64,000 nucleotides of DNA, from positions 80,627 to 144,626 of the forward strand of contig CAWHDZ010000025.1 of assembly GCA_963828255.1 (NCBI GenBank). Direction: 5' to 3'. Under the pieces are notes generated by a model. That model was given only the letters and a program-made list of their open reading frames with translations, ran no database searches and was not told where the DNA came from. Origin of the DNA: an uncultured delta proteobacterium (GTDB lineage Bacteria > Myxococcota > Myxococcia > Myxococcales > Anaeromyxobacteraceae). Position 1 is the first letter of the stretch; each line of letters opens with the position of its first letter. The translations under genes and the position numbers were made by a program. Below, piece after piece: positions 40,020 to 50,481 of the stretch.

Positions 40020-40352
40020 ATGGGACTCCTCGACCGCATCACGCCTCGGCCTCCTCCCGCTCCGCCCCCGGAGACCATCGACCTGAACGACGCGGGCGAG
40101 TTCGTGATCGGCTGGCCGGGCGGGCGGGTCGCCATCCTCCCCGCCTTCACGCTGCGCGACATGTGCCCCTGCGCCAGCTGCATCGAGGAGGGCACGGGAA
40201 GGAAGATCCTCGACCCGGGCACCATCCCCCTCGACATCCACGCCGAGGGCATCGACCCGGTGGGCAGCTACGCCATCCAGGTCCGCTGGTCGGACGGCCA
40301 CGACACCGGGCTCTACACCTGGGAGCAGCTGCGCAAGGCCTCGGGGCTTTGA
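40020..40352 (+). CDS. DUF971 (GBBH-like N-terminal) protein
   Basis: LRDMCPCASC...VGSYAIQVRWSDGHDTGLYTW. Confidence 0.9.
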   Translation: MGLLDRITPRPPPAPPPETIDLNDAGEFVIGWPGGRVAILPAFTLRDMCPCASCIEEGTGRKILDPGTIPLDIHAEGIDPVGSYAIQVRWSDGHDTGLYTWEQLRKASGL

Positions 40353-40385
40353 TAGCGTCGCCCGGTTGGCCCGAGCCCGGCCGGG

Positions 40386-41291
40386 TCACACCATCCGGCG
40401 GGCCGGCGGCGCGATGCGGGTGTGCCGGTTCACGTCGGGTGCGATCCCCTGGCGGGCCCGGGCGAAGCGCAGGCCGTTCATGGCCCCCTCCCCGCCGCGC
40501 AGCGCGTGGACGAGGAGCTTCACCGCGAAAGGGTCGGCGTGGCCGGAGGCCGCCTCGGCCACCAGGAGGTCCGCGGCCCCGCGCGCCCCGTAGGGCTCGG
40601 AGCGGTAGGCGCGACCGTGGGTCAGCGCCGCGTAGGCGCTCGAGATGGCCACCACCTCGGTGGTCGGCGAGGGGCGCTCGGCCAGGTCGGGGTAGCCCTG
40701 CCCGTCGCGCCAGTGGTGGGCCAGCGCCGCCTCGACCGCGGGGTGGCTGCCCAGGGTGCAGGCCAGGTGGAAGGCGCCCAGCAGCGGGTGCGACGCGACG
40801 TCGAGTGCGTCGTCGCCGTGGATGGAGTCCGGGGTGGCCATCACCCGCGGCGGGACGTGGCGCATGCCGATGTCGTGCAGCAGCGCCGCCGCGGCGATCT
40901 GGGGCGACGCCCGCGCCGTCCCCGCCGCCGCCAGGATGAGGCGCGAGGTCACCGCCGCCGTGGAGAGCGCGTGCCGGTAGCGCACCGGGTCGAGGAGCTT
41001 CGCCGCAGCCATCTCCTCCACGAGCGGCTGGGGAAGCTTGGCGGACTCGACGACCCGCCGGACGTCCCGCTCGATCTCCTCGGTCCGGATCAAGGGCCGG
41101 AGGACCGGATCGCGGAGGATCTCGGCCAGGTCGTCGGCCAGGAACGTCTCCGAGAGCGGCGTTCCGGGTCCCGGCCTGGCCGAGGCGGCCGCCTCGGCGA
41201 TCGACTCGACCGAGATGACCGTCCCGGCCCTGGCGAGCACACGCCCGCCGCAGTCGGTGAGGTCCCTGCGAAGCTTGACCCGGTCGAACAT
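40386..41291 (-). CDS. HD-GYP-like phosphohydrolase domain protein
   Basis: YRHA...LLHDIG...HPLLG...HHWRDGQGYP...ALTHGRAYR. Confidence 0.75.
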   Translation of the reverse strand: MFDRVKLRRDLTDCGGRVLARAGTVISVESIAEAAASARPGPGTPLSETFLADDLAEILRDPVLRPLIRTEEIERDVRRVVESAKLPQPLVEEMAAAKLLDPVRYRHALSTAAVTSRLILAAAGTARASPQIAAAALLHDIGMRHVPPRVMATPDSIHGDDALDVASHPLLGAFHLACTLGSHPAVEAALAHHWRDGQGYPDLAERPSPTTEVVAISSAYAALTHGRAYRSEPYGARGAADLLVAEAASGHADPFAVKLLVHALRGGEGAMNGLRFARARQGIAPDVNRHTRIAPPARRMV

Positions 41292-41412
41292 CGCGTCCCT
41301 GTACCAGGGTAACAGGACACGGGAAGGGTGTCGTCGAGCGCCCCGTGGGGGGCGCCTCCAGGGAGGGTGGGATTCCGGACTACACCGCTGGTTGGCGTAG
41401 CCCTGGCGACGG

Positions 41413-41904
41413 TCAGCGCTTCTTCCGGGAGAGGGCCCGGTCCATCTCGCGGCGGCTCTCCCGCTCGGCGATGGTGTCGCGCCGGTCCTCGTGGGTCTTG
41501 CCGCGCCCGAGCCCAAGATCGACCTTGGCCCAACCGTCCTTGAAGTAGAGGGAGATCGGGACGAGCGTCATGCCGCGCTGCTCGACCTTTCCACGCAGCT
41601 TCTCGATCTCCGCGCGGTTGAGGAGCAGCCTGCGCTCCCGCAGCGGCTCGTGCCCGAAGCTGGCCGCGGCCTTGTACTCCCCGATGCGGCAGTTGAAGAG
41701 CCACAGGTCGTCGCCGCGCATCGCCGCGTAGGAGTCGGAGAGGGCGACGTTGCCCTCGCGCAGCGACTTCACTTCACTTCCGGTGAGCACGAGCCCGGCC
41801 TCGATCCGCTCCTCGATGGCGTAGTCGAAGACGGCGCGCCGGTTCTTGGCCACGACCTTGACGCCGTCGTCGTCGGCCTTCCTGCCCTTGCCCGACTTGC
41901 TCAC
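41413..41904 (-). CDS. smpB: SsrA-binding protein
   Basis: NRRA.FDY, EAGLVLTGSEVKSLR, GKTHEDRR. Confidence 0.96.
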   Translation of the reverse strand: MSKSGKGRKADDDGVKVVAKNRRAVFDYAIEERIEAGLVLTGSEVKSLREGNVALSDSYAAMRGDDLWLFNCRIGEYKAAASFGHEPLRERRLLLNRAEIEKLRGKVEQRGMTLVPISLYFKDGWAKVDLGLGRGKTHEDRRDTIAERESRREMDRALSRKKR

Positions 41905-42770
41905 GGCAGCGCCAGGTTGTCGATGAGCCGGGTGCGCCCGAGGAAGACCGCGGCGAGCGCGCGGGTGCCCGGGACCGCGCGCTCCACCGGCCGCAGCGTC
42001 TCGGGGTGCACGAGCTCGACGTAGTCGAGCCTCATCCCGGCCGCCTCGATCGCCGCCCGGACCCCGGAGGCCAGCACGGAAGGATCGCGCTCCCCCTGGC
42101 CGGCGCGTCGCCCGGCCTCGCCGAGCGCCCGGGAGATGGCCACGGCGCGCCCGCGCTCATCGGCCGTGAGGTAGGCGTTGCGCGAGGACATGGCCAGCCC
42201 GTCGGCCTCCCGGACGATGGGCATCCCCACCACGTCCACCCCCATGTCGAGGTCGACGGACATGCGGCGCAATACTTGGAGTTGTTGCCAGTCCTTCTCG
42301 CCGAAGAGGGCCACGTGGGGCCGGGAGAGACCGAAGAGCTTCGCCACCACCGTGGCCACGCCGCGGAAGTGGCCCGGACGGCGCTCCCCGCAGAGCCCCC
42401 TCGACACCTCGGAGACCTCCACCCAGGTCTGGAAGGCGGCCGGGTAGACCGCGGACGGGTCCTCCGGGGCGAGCACCACGTCCACCCCGGCCGCGCCGCA
42501 CTTGGCGAGGTCCCCCTCGAGGTCGCGCGGGTAGCGGGCCAGGTCCTCGCCCGGACCGAACTGGGCCGGGTTCACGAAGATGGTGGCGAGCGAGAGCCCG
42601 GGCCTTCCGCCCTGGTCGGCACGGTGGCGCGCCTCGCGCATGAGCGAGAGGTGCCCGTCGTGCAGGTAGCCCATGGTGGGGACGAGCGCGATGCGCACGC
42701 CCCCGTCGCGGGCGGCGGTGCAGCGGCGCTGCCACGCGGCCGGGTCGCGGATGAGCTCGGGGAGGGACAT
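41901..42770 (-). CDS. panC: Pantoate--beta-alanine ligase
   Basis: VPTMGYLHDGH, RPGHFRGV, FGEKD, GLAMSSRN, RLIDN. Confidence 0.96.
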   Translation of the reverse strand: MSLPELIRDPAAWQRRCTAARDGGVRIALVPTMGYLHDGHLSLMREARHRADQGGRPGLSLATIFVNPAQFGPGEDLARYPRDLEGDLAKCGAAGVDVVLAPEDPSAVYPAAFQTWVEVSEVSRGLCGERRPGHFRGVATVVAKLFGLSRPHVALFGEKDWQQLQVLRRMSVDLDMGVDVVGMPIVREADGLAMSSRNAYLTADERGRAVAISRALGEAGRRAGQGERDPSVLASGVRAAIEAAGMRLDYVELVHPETLRPVERAVPGTRALAAVFLGRTRLIDNLALP

Positions 42771-42781
42771 CGACGACGGAA

Positions 42782-43699
42782 CTATACCGGAGCCCCCACC
42801 ACGCCGGCGTGGTCGTCGTCGGCGGAGGGCTGCTGCGGCACCACCTGGAGGAGGCGCAGCGACGGTGCGTGGAAGCTGTGCTCCTCGGCGGGGAAGGTGC
42901 CGGCCTTCACCTCGGACACGTAGGCCTGGACGCCGGCCTCGGCGGCCGGACCCAGCTCGGCGAAGCGCTTCACGAACTTGGGCTTGAACTCGGTCTCGAG
43001 CCCGAGGAGGTCGTGGTAGACGAGCACCTGGCCGTCGGTGTGGGGACCGGCACCGATGCCGATGGTGGGGATGGTGAGCTGCCCGGTGACGAGCCGCGCC
43101 AGCTCGGCCGGGATGCACTCCAGCACCACTGCGTAGCAGCCGGCGGCCTCGAGGGCGTGCACGTCCTGGATGAGCTTCTGGGCCTTCTCGCCGTCGCGCC
43201 CCTGCACCACGTAGCCGCCCATCTTGTGGACCGACTGCGGCGTGAGCCCCAGGTGGCCCATGACAGGGATGCCGGCGCGGACGATGCGCCCGATCACCTC
43301 GGCGTACTCGGCGCCGCCCTCGAGCTTCACCGCCTCGACCCCTCCCTCGGCCACCATCCGCATGGCGTTCTTCACCGCCTCGTCGGCGCTGGCCTGGTAG
43401 CTGCCGAAGGGCATGTCGCCGACCAGGTGGGCGCGGCTCTGCGTCCGCGCAAGCCCGCGGCGCACCGAGGCGCAGTGGTAGATCATCTGGTCGAGGGTGA
43501 CCGGCAGGGTGGACTCGTGCCCCTGCATGACCATCCCCACCGAGTCGCCGACCAGCACCGCGTCGACGCCGCCCCGGTCCACGAGGCGGGCGCTGGTGGA
43601 GTCGTAGGCGGTGACCACGGCGATCTTCTCGCCGGCGCCCTTCATGCGACGCAGCTCGTGGATGGTCACGCGCTTCCTCGGCGCGGTCTGGCTGGACAT
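42782..43699 (-). CDS. panB: 3-methyl-2-oxobutanoate hydroxymethyltransferase
   Basis: [35 protein letters not shown]. Confidence 0.96.
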   Translation of the reverse strand: MSSQTAPRKRVTIHELRRMKGAGEKIAVVTAYDSTSARLVDRGGVDAVLVGDSVGMVMQGHESTLPVTLDQMIYHCASVRRGLARTQSRAHLVGDMPFGSYQASADEAVKNAMRMVAEGGVEAVKLEGGAEYAEVIGRIVRAGIPVMGHLGLTPQSVHKMGGYVVQGRDGEKAQKLIQDVHALEAAGCYAVVLECIPAELARLVTGQLTIPTIGIGAGPHTDGQVLVYHDLLGLETEFKPKFVKRFAELGPAAEAGVQAYVSEVKAGTFPAEEHSFHAPSLRLLQVVPQQPSADDDHAGVVGAPV

Positions 43700-43782
43700 G
43701 GCGCTTCGCCTCCGGTGTAGGCCTCGTACCGAGGTCCCGCCCATCGGGAAGGGGGAAATGTACCCGTACCGGGCCGGGGACG

Positions 43783-44427
43783 CTACTGGCTTCCGTGCCC
43801 GGCCAGGCTGAAGTGGAGCCGGCCGCGCCGGTGGCGCCGGATCTCCGTCTGGAGGGCGTCGAGGTCCGCCTCGTCCCCGAGGTCGATGTCGCTGGTGTTG
43901 ACCACGAGCAGCGGCGTCTCCTCGTAGTGGAAGAAGAAGTCGCCGTAGGCCCGGCTCACCAGGTCCAGATAGTCCACCCCGACGCCGCGCTCGAAGTCGC
44001 GGCCACGCTTCTTCACGCGGCTGGCGAGCACTTCCGGGCGGGCCTGAAGGTAGACCACCAGGTCGGGCTTCACCACCCGGGCGCCCAGCACCTGCCAGAT
44101 GCGCTCGTAGAGGGCGAGCTCGTTCGGCTCCAGCGTCAGGCTCGCGAAGATGCGGTCCTTGGCGAAGAGGTAGTCGGCGACCGTGACCTGGTTGAAGAGG
44201 TCCTGCTGGAAGAGCTCCTGCTGCTGCTGGTAGCGGGAGAGCAGGAAGAAGAGCTGGGCCTGGAAGGCGTGCTTCTTCCGGTCCTGGTAGAAGCCGGGCA
44301 GGAAGGGGTTCTCCTCCACCGCTTCCAGCACCACCCGTCCCCCGAGCCGGTCGGCGAGAGCCGTGGCGAGCGTGGTCTTGCCCACGCCGATGGGACCCTC
44401 GATGGCGATGTACCTCGACTTTTCCAT
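43783..44427 (-). CDS. Deoxynucleoside kinase
   Basis: [28 protein letters not shown]. Confidence 0.92.
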   Translation of the reverse strand: MEKSRYIAIEGPIGVGKTTLATALADRLGGRVVLEAVEENPFLPGFYQDRKKHAFQAQLFFLLSRYQQQQELFQQDLFNQVTVADYLFAKDRIFASLTLEPNELALYERIWQVLGARVVKPDLVVYLQARPEVLASRVKKRGRDFERGVGVDYLDLVSRAYGDFFFHYEETPLLVVNTSDIDLGDEADLDALQTEIRRHRRGRLHFSLAGHGSQ

Positions 44428-44574
44428 CGTCGTTGCGAGAGCTTGCCACACGACACGGGGAGTGTCGATCGCGGGAGGGACCACGTGGGGGGTCGGGCCG
44501 CTTCCTTGACCTCGTCATGTGGCGTCATGTAGGGTCACGCCCGTCAACGTCTCGGCATGTAGCGCGGAGGCAGG

Positions 44575-44844
44575 ATGGTGGACGGGCGGCGTGGGCCGGT
44601 GGCGGGTCGGGGAACGGGGAGGGGATCGACCGCGGACGGCGCGGTCGATCCGGCCTATCAGAGGGCGATCCTCAAGATCGCCATCGAGCTCCGCAAGCCG
44701 GGAGCGAAGAGTTACGACGCCGTGGTCGAGGCGACCATCCAGGCGATGAGGCTCGATGCCGGAGCCTTCCGGAAGTACCTGGGCGAGAACGGGGCCCGCA
44801 ACATGAGCCTCCTGCTCGCAACGGCGAGGGCTGCGGGAATCTAG
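44575..44844 (+). CDS. Hypothetical protein (89 aa)
   Basis: GGAGG RBS; helical, protein-like C-terminal half. Confidence 0.55.
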   Translation: MVDGRRGPVAGRGTGRGSTADGAVDPAYQRAILKIAIELRKPGAKSYDAVVEATIQAMRLDAGAFRKYLGENGARNMSLLLATARAAGI

Positions 44845-44941
44845 CGCGGCCCGGTGGGAATGGGCGCCCTTCCGTAGGCGGGGCGTGGCGGCGGCGGCGG
44901 GCGGGAAATCTCTCGGTTGGGCGCCCAGTTGTTCACTACCG

Positions 44942-45385
44942 TCACCCGTCCTCGCCATCCTTCCCTGCACGCTTGGCCGCCACCTCGGCCGCCACGTCCG
45001 CGAGCGCCTTCTCGCCGGCGCCGCCGGCCGGCAACTGCTCGCCCTTCGCGTCCGGGGCGCGGCCGGTCATGTGCACCTCGCCCGGCCGCCAGCCCGGGGT
45101 GACGGTGGCGGCGAGGTCACGGGCGCCCTGGCGGGCGGTGCCGGTCGCCTTGCGGAACGCCCACTGGAAGAACAGGGCGAAGCCGATGAAGGGAAGGAAG
45201 ACCACGAAGAGGCCGCCGAGCAGCGGGGCGAGGAGGAGGGCCACGAGCCAGTGGATGCGCAGGTAGCGATCCGAGGAGTTCCCGGGGAGCCTGCCCCCGT
45301 CCTTCTCCACCGGGGTGACGCTCCAGGCCCTGGGATTCCAGTAGTAACCGCCGGGGACGCTGCTTCCGCCGTTGAACCGTGCCAT
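44942..45385 (-). CDS. Hypothetical membrane protein, tandem paralog B
   Basis: GGYY..W...EKDG..LPG, P.LGGL.VVFLPFIG, DLAATVTPGW.PGE.H.TG shared with neighbour. Confidence 0.8.
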   Translation of the reverse strand: MARFNGGSSVPGGYYWNPRAWSVTPVEKDGGRLPGNSSDRYLRIHWLVALLLAPLLGGLFVVFLPFIGFALFFQWAFRKATGTARQGARDLAATVTPGWRPGEVHMTGRAPDAKGEQLPAGGAGEKALADVAAEVAAKRAGKDGEDG

Positions 45386-45398
45386 GGCGTGCCTCTCG

Positions 45399-45818
45399 TT
45401 ATGACCGGCGCTTCGCGTCGATCTCCTTGGCCAGCTCCTCCAGCTTCGCCTCCTTGGAGGGCGCTTCCTCGGCCGCCTTCTCCTCGGACCGCTTGCCGGT
45501 GAAGTGCGCCTCTCCGGGCTGCCAGCCGGGGGTCACGGTCGCGGCCAGGTCCTGGGCCGAGCGCTGGAACATGCCGACCAGCGGGCGGATGGCGGCCTGC
45601 GCCGTCAGGTAGAGGCCGATGAAGGGGAGGAAGACCACCATCAGGCCGCCCAGGACCGGCATGAGCATGAGGGCCGCCGCGGTGTTCAGCTTCACGTAGT
45701 GCTCGGCCGCCTGGCCGGGGAGCTTCTGTCCGTCCTTCTCGATGGGGAAGATCTCCCAGTTGCTCTTCGAGAGGTAGTAGCCGCCCTGCACCGCGCTGCC
45801 GCCGCTGATCGTCGTCAT
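45399..45818 (-). CDS. Hypothetical membrane protein, tandem paralog A
   Basis: Same motifs as 44942..45385; AAGGAG RBS. Confidence 0.8.
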   Translation of the reverse strand: MTTISGGSAVQGGYYLSKSNWEIFPIEKDGQKLPGQAAEHYVKLNTAAALMLMPVLGGLMVVFLPFIGLYLTAQAAIRPLVGMFQRSAQDLAATVTPGWQPGEAHFTGKRSEEKAAEEAPSKEAKLEELAKEIDAKRRS

Positions 45819-46033
45819 GGTGTCGTCTCCTTCACTCCGGGTTGGATGCTCTCTTCACCGAGGAGTGTCGTCGATCGGGCCCGGCTTCGATATTGGGCGC
45901 ACTCCCGGGTCGGCGTGGAAAGAGTCCGGTCGGGGCCTGCCCGGCTGCCGGGTGCGGGTGGGGTGGAGGACCGGGGATGGACGCCGGAAAACACCCGACC
46001 CCGGATGGGGCCTGCGACGAAATCCCGATGGTT

Positions 46034-46891
46034 TCAGGGCTCTTCCGGGGGGCCCAGCGCCCGGTCGAGGGCTTCCCATTCGTCCACGGTCAGGGTCTCG
46101 CCACGGCGCCCCGGATCGACCGCCGCGGCGGCGAAAGCCGCCTCCAGGGCCTCCCGCGGGGCGATGCGGGCGGCCTCCAGCGCGTTCCGCAGGGTCTTCC
46201 TGCGCTGCCCGAAACCGCCCTTCACCAGGAGTCGAAAGCGTCCCGCGTCGGCGACGTGCGGCTCGCGCCCGTGCAGGTCGATGCGCACCACCGCGCTGTC
46301 CACGCGCGGCGGCGGATGGAAGGCGCCGCGGGGCACGATGCGATCGATCTCCACGTGGCCGTGCTGCTGCAGCAGCACCGAGAGCAGCCCCCACTCCTTG
46401 GTGCCCGGCCCGGCGGCCAGCCGCTCGGCCACCTCGCGCTGCACCAGCAACACCGCGCGTGAAACGGCCTCGGCCTGGTCGAGGAGGGCGAAGAGGATGG
46501 GGCTGGTCAGGTGGTAGGGGATGTTGCCGGCCACCGCCACCCTCCCCGGCTGGATCCCGCCCGGCGCCTGGGCGGCCAGCGCGGCGAAGTCGGCCCGGGC
46601 CGCGTCGGCCTCGACCAGCCGGACCGCCCCGTCGTCGAACTCGGCGCGCAGCACCCGCGCCATGTCCCGGTCGCGCTCCACCGCCACCACCCGGGCCCCG
46701 TGGGCCACCAGCCGCTCGGTGAGGTGGCCGAGGCCGGCGCCGATCTCCACCACCACCTCGCCGGGGCGCTCCACGGCGAGGCGCGCGATTCCGTCGAGGA
46801 TCGACACGTCGCCGAGGAAGTTCTGGCCCCAGCTCTTCTTGGCCTCGAGGCCGTGCCGGTCGAGCAGCACGCGGGGGGACGGGTGGGCCAA
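46034..46891 (-). CDS. rsmA: 16S rRNA m6,2A dimethyltransferase
   Basis: KKSWGQNFL, EIGAGLG, GNIPY, PPPRVDS, FGQRRKTLRN; TTG start inferred. Confidence 0.93.
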   Translation of the reverse strand: MAHPSPRVLLDRHGLEAKKSWGQNFLGDVSILDGIARLAVERPGEVVVEIGAGLGHLTERLVAHGARVVAVERDRDMARVLRAEFDDGAVRLVEADAARADFAALAAQAPGGIQPGRVAVAGNIPYHLTSPILFALLDQAEAVSRAVLLVQREVAERLAAGPGTKEWGLLSVLLQQHGHVEIDRIVPRGAFHPPPRVDSAVVRIDLHGREPHVADAGRFRLLVKGGFGQRRKTLRNALEAARIAPREALEAAFAAAAVDPGRRGETLTVDEWEALDRALGPPEEP

Positions 46892-46892
46892 C

Positions 46893-47909
46893 TCAGCACC
46901 CCACCGATCCGAGGCGCCAGGCCGGGTCGGCCTCGAGCGCCGGTCCGGCCCGCTCCCCGCGCTCGAGCGCACGCGTCCCGGCCACCGCGATCATGGCGGC
47001 GTTGTCGGTGCAGTGGCGCGGCGGCGGCAGGAAGACCCGCATCCCCTCGTACTCCGCGGCCCGGCCGGTCACCACCTCCCGGAGCCTCCCGTTGGCCGCC
47101 ACGCCGCCGGAAAGCACCACCCGGTCGAGCTGCAGCTCGCGCGCGGCCCGGAAGAGCTTGGCCGAGAGCGCGCCCACGATGGCCTCCTGGTAGCTGGCGC
47201 ACAGGTCGGAGAGCTCCTGCCCCTCCGGCACGCCGTGCGACCGCACCCTGTGGAGCAGCGCCGTCTTCAGGCCGGAGAAGCTGAAGGCCAGCGGCCCTCC
47301 CTTCACGACGGCGCGGGGGAATTTCACCGCTTGTGAATTCCCGCCCCGGGCCAGCCGGTCGATGGCCACCCCGCCCGGGTAGGGCAGGCCCAGCAGCTTG
47401 GCCCCCTTGTCGAAGGCCTCGCCGGCGGCGTCGTCGCGGGTCTGTCCGAGGAGACGGTAGCGGCCGAACTCCTCGGCCACGTAGAGGGAGGTGTGGCCGC
47501 CCGAGACAACGAGCCCCAGGTAGGGGAAGGCGGGAGCCTCCTCGGAGAGGAATGTCGCGAGCAGGTGCCCCTCCAGGTGGTTCACCCGGGCCAGCGGCAC
47601 GCCCCAGGCGAGCGAGAGGGCCTTGGCGACCTGCACGCCGACGAGGAGTGCTCCCACCAGGCCCGGGCCGGAGGTGACGGCGATGCCGTCGAGGTCGGGG
47701 CCGGCGACGCCGGCGACCCGCAGCGCCTCGTCCACCACCGGCATCACCTGGACCACGTGGTTGCGGCTCGCCAGCTCCGGGACCACGCCGCCCCAGCGCC
47801 GGTGGATCTCGATCTGGGTCGAGACCACGTCGGAGAGCACGCGGCGGCCGTCCTCCACCACCGCGGCGGCGGTCTCGTCGCAACTCGTCTCGATTCCCAG
47901 GACTCTCAC
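46893..47909 (-). CDS. tsaD: tRNA N6-adenosine threonylcarbamoyltransferase
   Basis: GIETSCDET, GGVVPELASR, HLEGH, DDAAGEAFDK, TDNAAMI. Confidence 0.97.
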   Translation of the reverse strand: MRVLGIETSCDETAAAVVEDGRRVLSDVVSTQIEIHRRWGGVVPELASRNHVVQVMPVVDEALRVAGVAGPDLDGIAVTSGPGLVGALLVGVQVAKALSLAWGVPLARVNHLEGHLLATFLSEEAPAFPYLGLVVSGGHTSLYVAEEFGRYRLLGQTRDDAAGEAFDKGAKLLGLPYPGGVAIDRLARGGNSQAVKFPRAVVKGGPLAFSFSGLKTALLHRVRSHGVPEGQELSDLCASYQEAIVGALSAKLFRAARELQLDRVVLSGGVAANGRLREVVTGRAAEYEGMRVFLPPPRHCTDNAAMIAVAGTRALERGERAGPALEADPAWRLGSVGC

Positions 47910-47934
47910 GGGCGGGCTTTATGTACCCACCGGG

Positions 47935-48759
47935 TCAGGGGCGCAAGCGCTCGAGGAGGGCGCGGATCCGCGGGGCGTGCGCCCCCTCCGGCTCGACCGC
48001 GAGGTAGCGATCGAAGGCGACGCGGGCGGAGGCCCGATCCCCGGCGGCCAGCTGGACCTCGCCGAGGGCCATCCAGCCGGCCCCGATCGACGGATCGACC
48101 TCGATGGCCCGCCGGCAGGCCGCGGCCGCGCCGGCCAGGTCCCTGGCCTGGTAGCGGGCCGTCACCTCTTGCATGGCCTCCCGGTAGGCGGCCGAGGGCG
48201 CCTGCTCCGTGATGACGAGGGCCGGCGGTGGCCCCTCGGCGGCGGGCCGGACTTCCCGGGTCTGCACCACCGGCGGAACCGGAGGGGGGCTCCGCTGCCG
48301 CCCGGCCCACACGGCGCCGGCGAGGAGCAAGGCGCCGATCGCGACTGCCGCTCCCACCACCCAGGCCCGCGCCCGGCCTCGCCCGTCCGGCAGGGGTTCC
48401 GGCAGGGGCAGCGGCGGGTCCAGCGGCGGGGGCGGCGACGGCATCGAGGGCGCCGGCATCGGCACGGGCTCCGCCTCGCCCGCGGCGGCGCTCCCCGGAT
48501 CGGCGAACCAGTCCGCGCCGTCCGGCCCGCGGGAGAGGACCCGCAGGACACCGGATTCGAGGAGACGCCCCAGCGAGGCCAGTGCCCGAGCCTCGTCGAG
48601 CCCCGGCCGTCGGACGAGTTGCTCCACCGTCCGGCGGCCGTCGGCAAGCCGGAGGAGCGCGTTCTCATCGTCCGGGATGGTGAGCAGCTTTCCCGACAGG
48701 ACCGCCGGGTCCACGGCGAGGACCGCGTCGAGCGGCGGGTCCTTGGCCTCACGTGTCAC
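47935..48759 (-). CDS. Membrane-anchored TPR protein
   Basis: N-terminal wHTH-like segment, Pro-rich linker, TM helix, C-terminal TPR. Confidence 0.65.
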   Translation of the reverse strand: MTREAKDPPLDAVLAVDPAVLSGKLLTIPDDENALLRLADGRRTVEQLVRRPGLDEARALASLGRLLESGVLRVLSRGPDGADWFADPGSAAAGEAEPVPMPAPSMPSPPPPLDPPLPLPEPLPDGRGRARAWVVGAAVAIGALLLAGAVWAGRQRSPPPVPPVVQTREVRPAAEGPPPALVITEQAPSAAYREAMQEVTARYQARDLAGAAAACRRAIEVDPSIGAGWMALGEVQLAAGDRASARVAFDRYLAVEPEGAHAPRIRALLERLRP

Positions 48760-50477
48760 TTCTTCGCGTCCGACCGGGCCTCGGCGCGGCTCTGGCGCCG
48801 CCCCTGGACCTCCCGCAGCTGGCGGGCGGCCTCCTCGTTGCGCGGGGCGGCACGAAGCGCGGTCTTGAAGAGCTTCTCGGCCCGGTCGGGGTCGCCGTCG
48901 TCGCGGGCCATCTTGCCGGCCTCCAGGAAGGCCTCGCCGCAGACCGGGTCCTTCATCGCCTCCTCGAGGTGGCGGCGGGCCTTCTCCCGATCGGCAGGCT
49001 TGCCCGACTTGAGCGTCTCGACGGCGAGGGCGACGAGGAGGTCCGGACGGCGATCGCTGCGCACGGCGGCCTCGAGGAAGAGGCGCGCCCGGGCGTGGTC
49101 GCCGGTGCGACGGGCCGCGTCGGCCTTCTGGAAATCGGCGCGGGCGGCGGCAGCGGCGGCCTCGGTGGGGGCGCGCCCTCCGGTGGAAGACCGGGCCAGG
49201 TACTCGTTGCGGCGGACCCGGTCGGAGAGGACCCCGTAGGCCTCGTTGAGCGCCGACAGCACCTCGCGCAGCCCCGCCTGGAGGTCGGCGAGGCCGGGGG
49301 CGCCGAAGCGGTCGGGGTGGAACTGCTTCACGAGCTGGAGGTAGGCGGCCTTCACCTCCTCCGGACTCGCGCCGCGCGGCAATCCAAGGCGGGCGAACAG
49401 GTCGGACTCCCTGGCCAGGGGGAGGGCCGCCTCGAGCGCCTTGCGGATCTCGGCCTGCCCACCCGCTTGCGCTCCAGGCGGAGCTTTAGGCGGAGTTCCA
49501 GGCGGAGCTCCGGTCGGGGTCGCCGGACGGGGCGGTCCGGCGGAGAGGGGACCGACTCCCATGTTCTGCATGGCGCGGGCGAGGAGCCGCTGCCTTCGCG
49601 CGCGGGATTCCTCGGGGTCGCTCCGCCGGGCCGGGTCGAGCCCCGGAGCGCCGGCCGGGGTCACCGGCGTGAGCACCGGCGGCCCGGCGTCCGGAGGTGC
49701 GGGGCGCGACGGCCGGGGCGCCTTCGCCCCCGAAGCCCCGAGCGCGGACAGCTCGGTCACGTCTCCCGCCGGCTCGGCCAATCCCAGGAGAAGGAGCGCC
49801 GCCAGCACCGCCCGCGCCTGCTCGACCGGGATGCCTGGCGTTGCCAGGATCTCGTCGGCGGTGGAGGCGGTCTCGAGCCGGCGCAGGAGTGCTTCCTCGG
49901 CCGGGGTCCAGGAGAAGGCGACGCCGACCTCGCCGTAGCCAAGGGCCAGCGCGACCGGCCCCCGGGCCAGGCCCAAGGCCGACTCGCGGAGGGATGCCCC
50001 CTGCGGCGTGGAAAGCGCATCGATGACCGCCCGCATGGGCGCCACCAGCACCTTCGCGGCCCAGGGCGGGACGGTGGCGTCGAAGTCGAAGCGGAAGGCC
50101 CCGTCGGAGAGGGCGGCGATGAGGGAGACGTAGCCCGCCTGCTGGTCCTCGAGAGCCCGGTCCACGACCTCCTGGGAGACCGTTCCCAGCTCGACGAGGA
50201 CGTCGCCCTGCCTGCGCTTCGTCCGGGCCATCTCGGCGAGCGACCGGCCCAGCGTCTCGATGTCGATGAGGCCGCGCCCGAGGAGGATCTGGCCGAGCGG
50301 GTGGAACCCGGCGTAGGTCTGGGCTCCCACCGGCATCCCGTCGCGGAAGTAGAGGCGCGAGTCGCCCCCGGGCTGCTTCACCGTCAACTCACCGGTGGCG
50401 CGCAGCGTCCAGGCCTCGAGGAGGATGGCGGCGAGCGGCGTCCGCGACAGATCCCCCGGCTCGCGCAGGAACGACAT
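48756..50477 (-). CDS. DUF4388 + J-domain + TPR protein
   Basis: GDLSRTPLAAIL...TGEL; LFARLGL...VKAAYLQLVKQFHPD. Confidence 0.82.
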   Translation of the reverse strand: MSFLREPGDLSRTPLAAILLEAWTLRATGELTVKQPGGDSRLYFRDGMPVGAQTYAGFHPLGQILLGRGLIDIETLGRSLAEMARTKRRQGDVLVELGTVSQEVVDRALEDQQAGYVSLIAALSDGAFRFDFDATVPPWAAKVLVAPMRAVIDALSTPQGASLRESALGLARGPVALALGYGEVGVAFSWTPAEEALLRRLETASTADEILATPGIPVEQARAVLAALLLLGLAEPAGDVTELSALGASGAKAPRPSRPAPPDAGPPVLTPVTPAGAPGLDPARRSDPEESRARRQRLLARAMQNMGVGPLSAGPPRPATPTGAPPGTPPKAPPGAQAGGQAEIRKALEAALPLARESDLFARLGLPRGASPEEVKAAYLQLVKQFHPDRFGAPGLADLQAGLREVLSALNEAYGVLSDRVRRNEYLARSSTGGRAPTEAAAAAARADFQKADAARRTGDHARARLFLEAAVRSDRRPDLLVALAVETLKSGKPADREKARRHLEEAMKDPVCGEAFLEAGKMARDDGDPDRAEKLFKTALRAAPRNEEAARQLREVQGRRQSRAEARSDAKK

Positions 50478-50481
50478 CCGT

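Noticed and set aside
41292..41412. tmRNA (ssrA) next to smpB
   Set aside because: Gap is only about 120 bp and lacks recognisable tmRNA ends
44433..44450. Sigma54 promoter upstream of the deoxynucleoside kinase (TGGCAAGCTCTCGCA)
   Set aside because: GG-to-GC spacing is 9 nt, not the required 10
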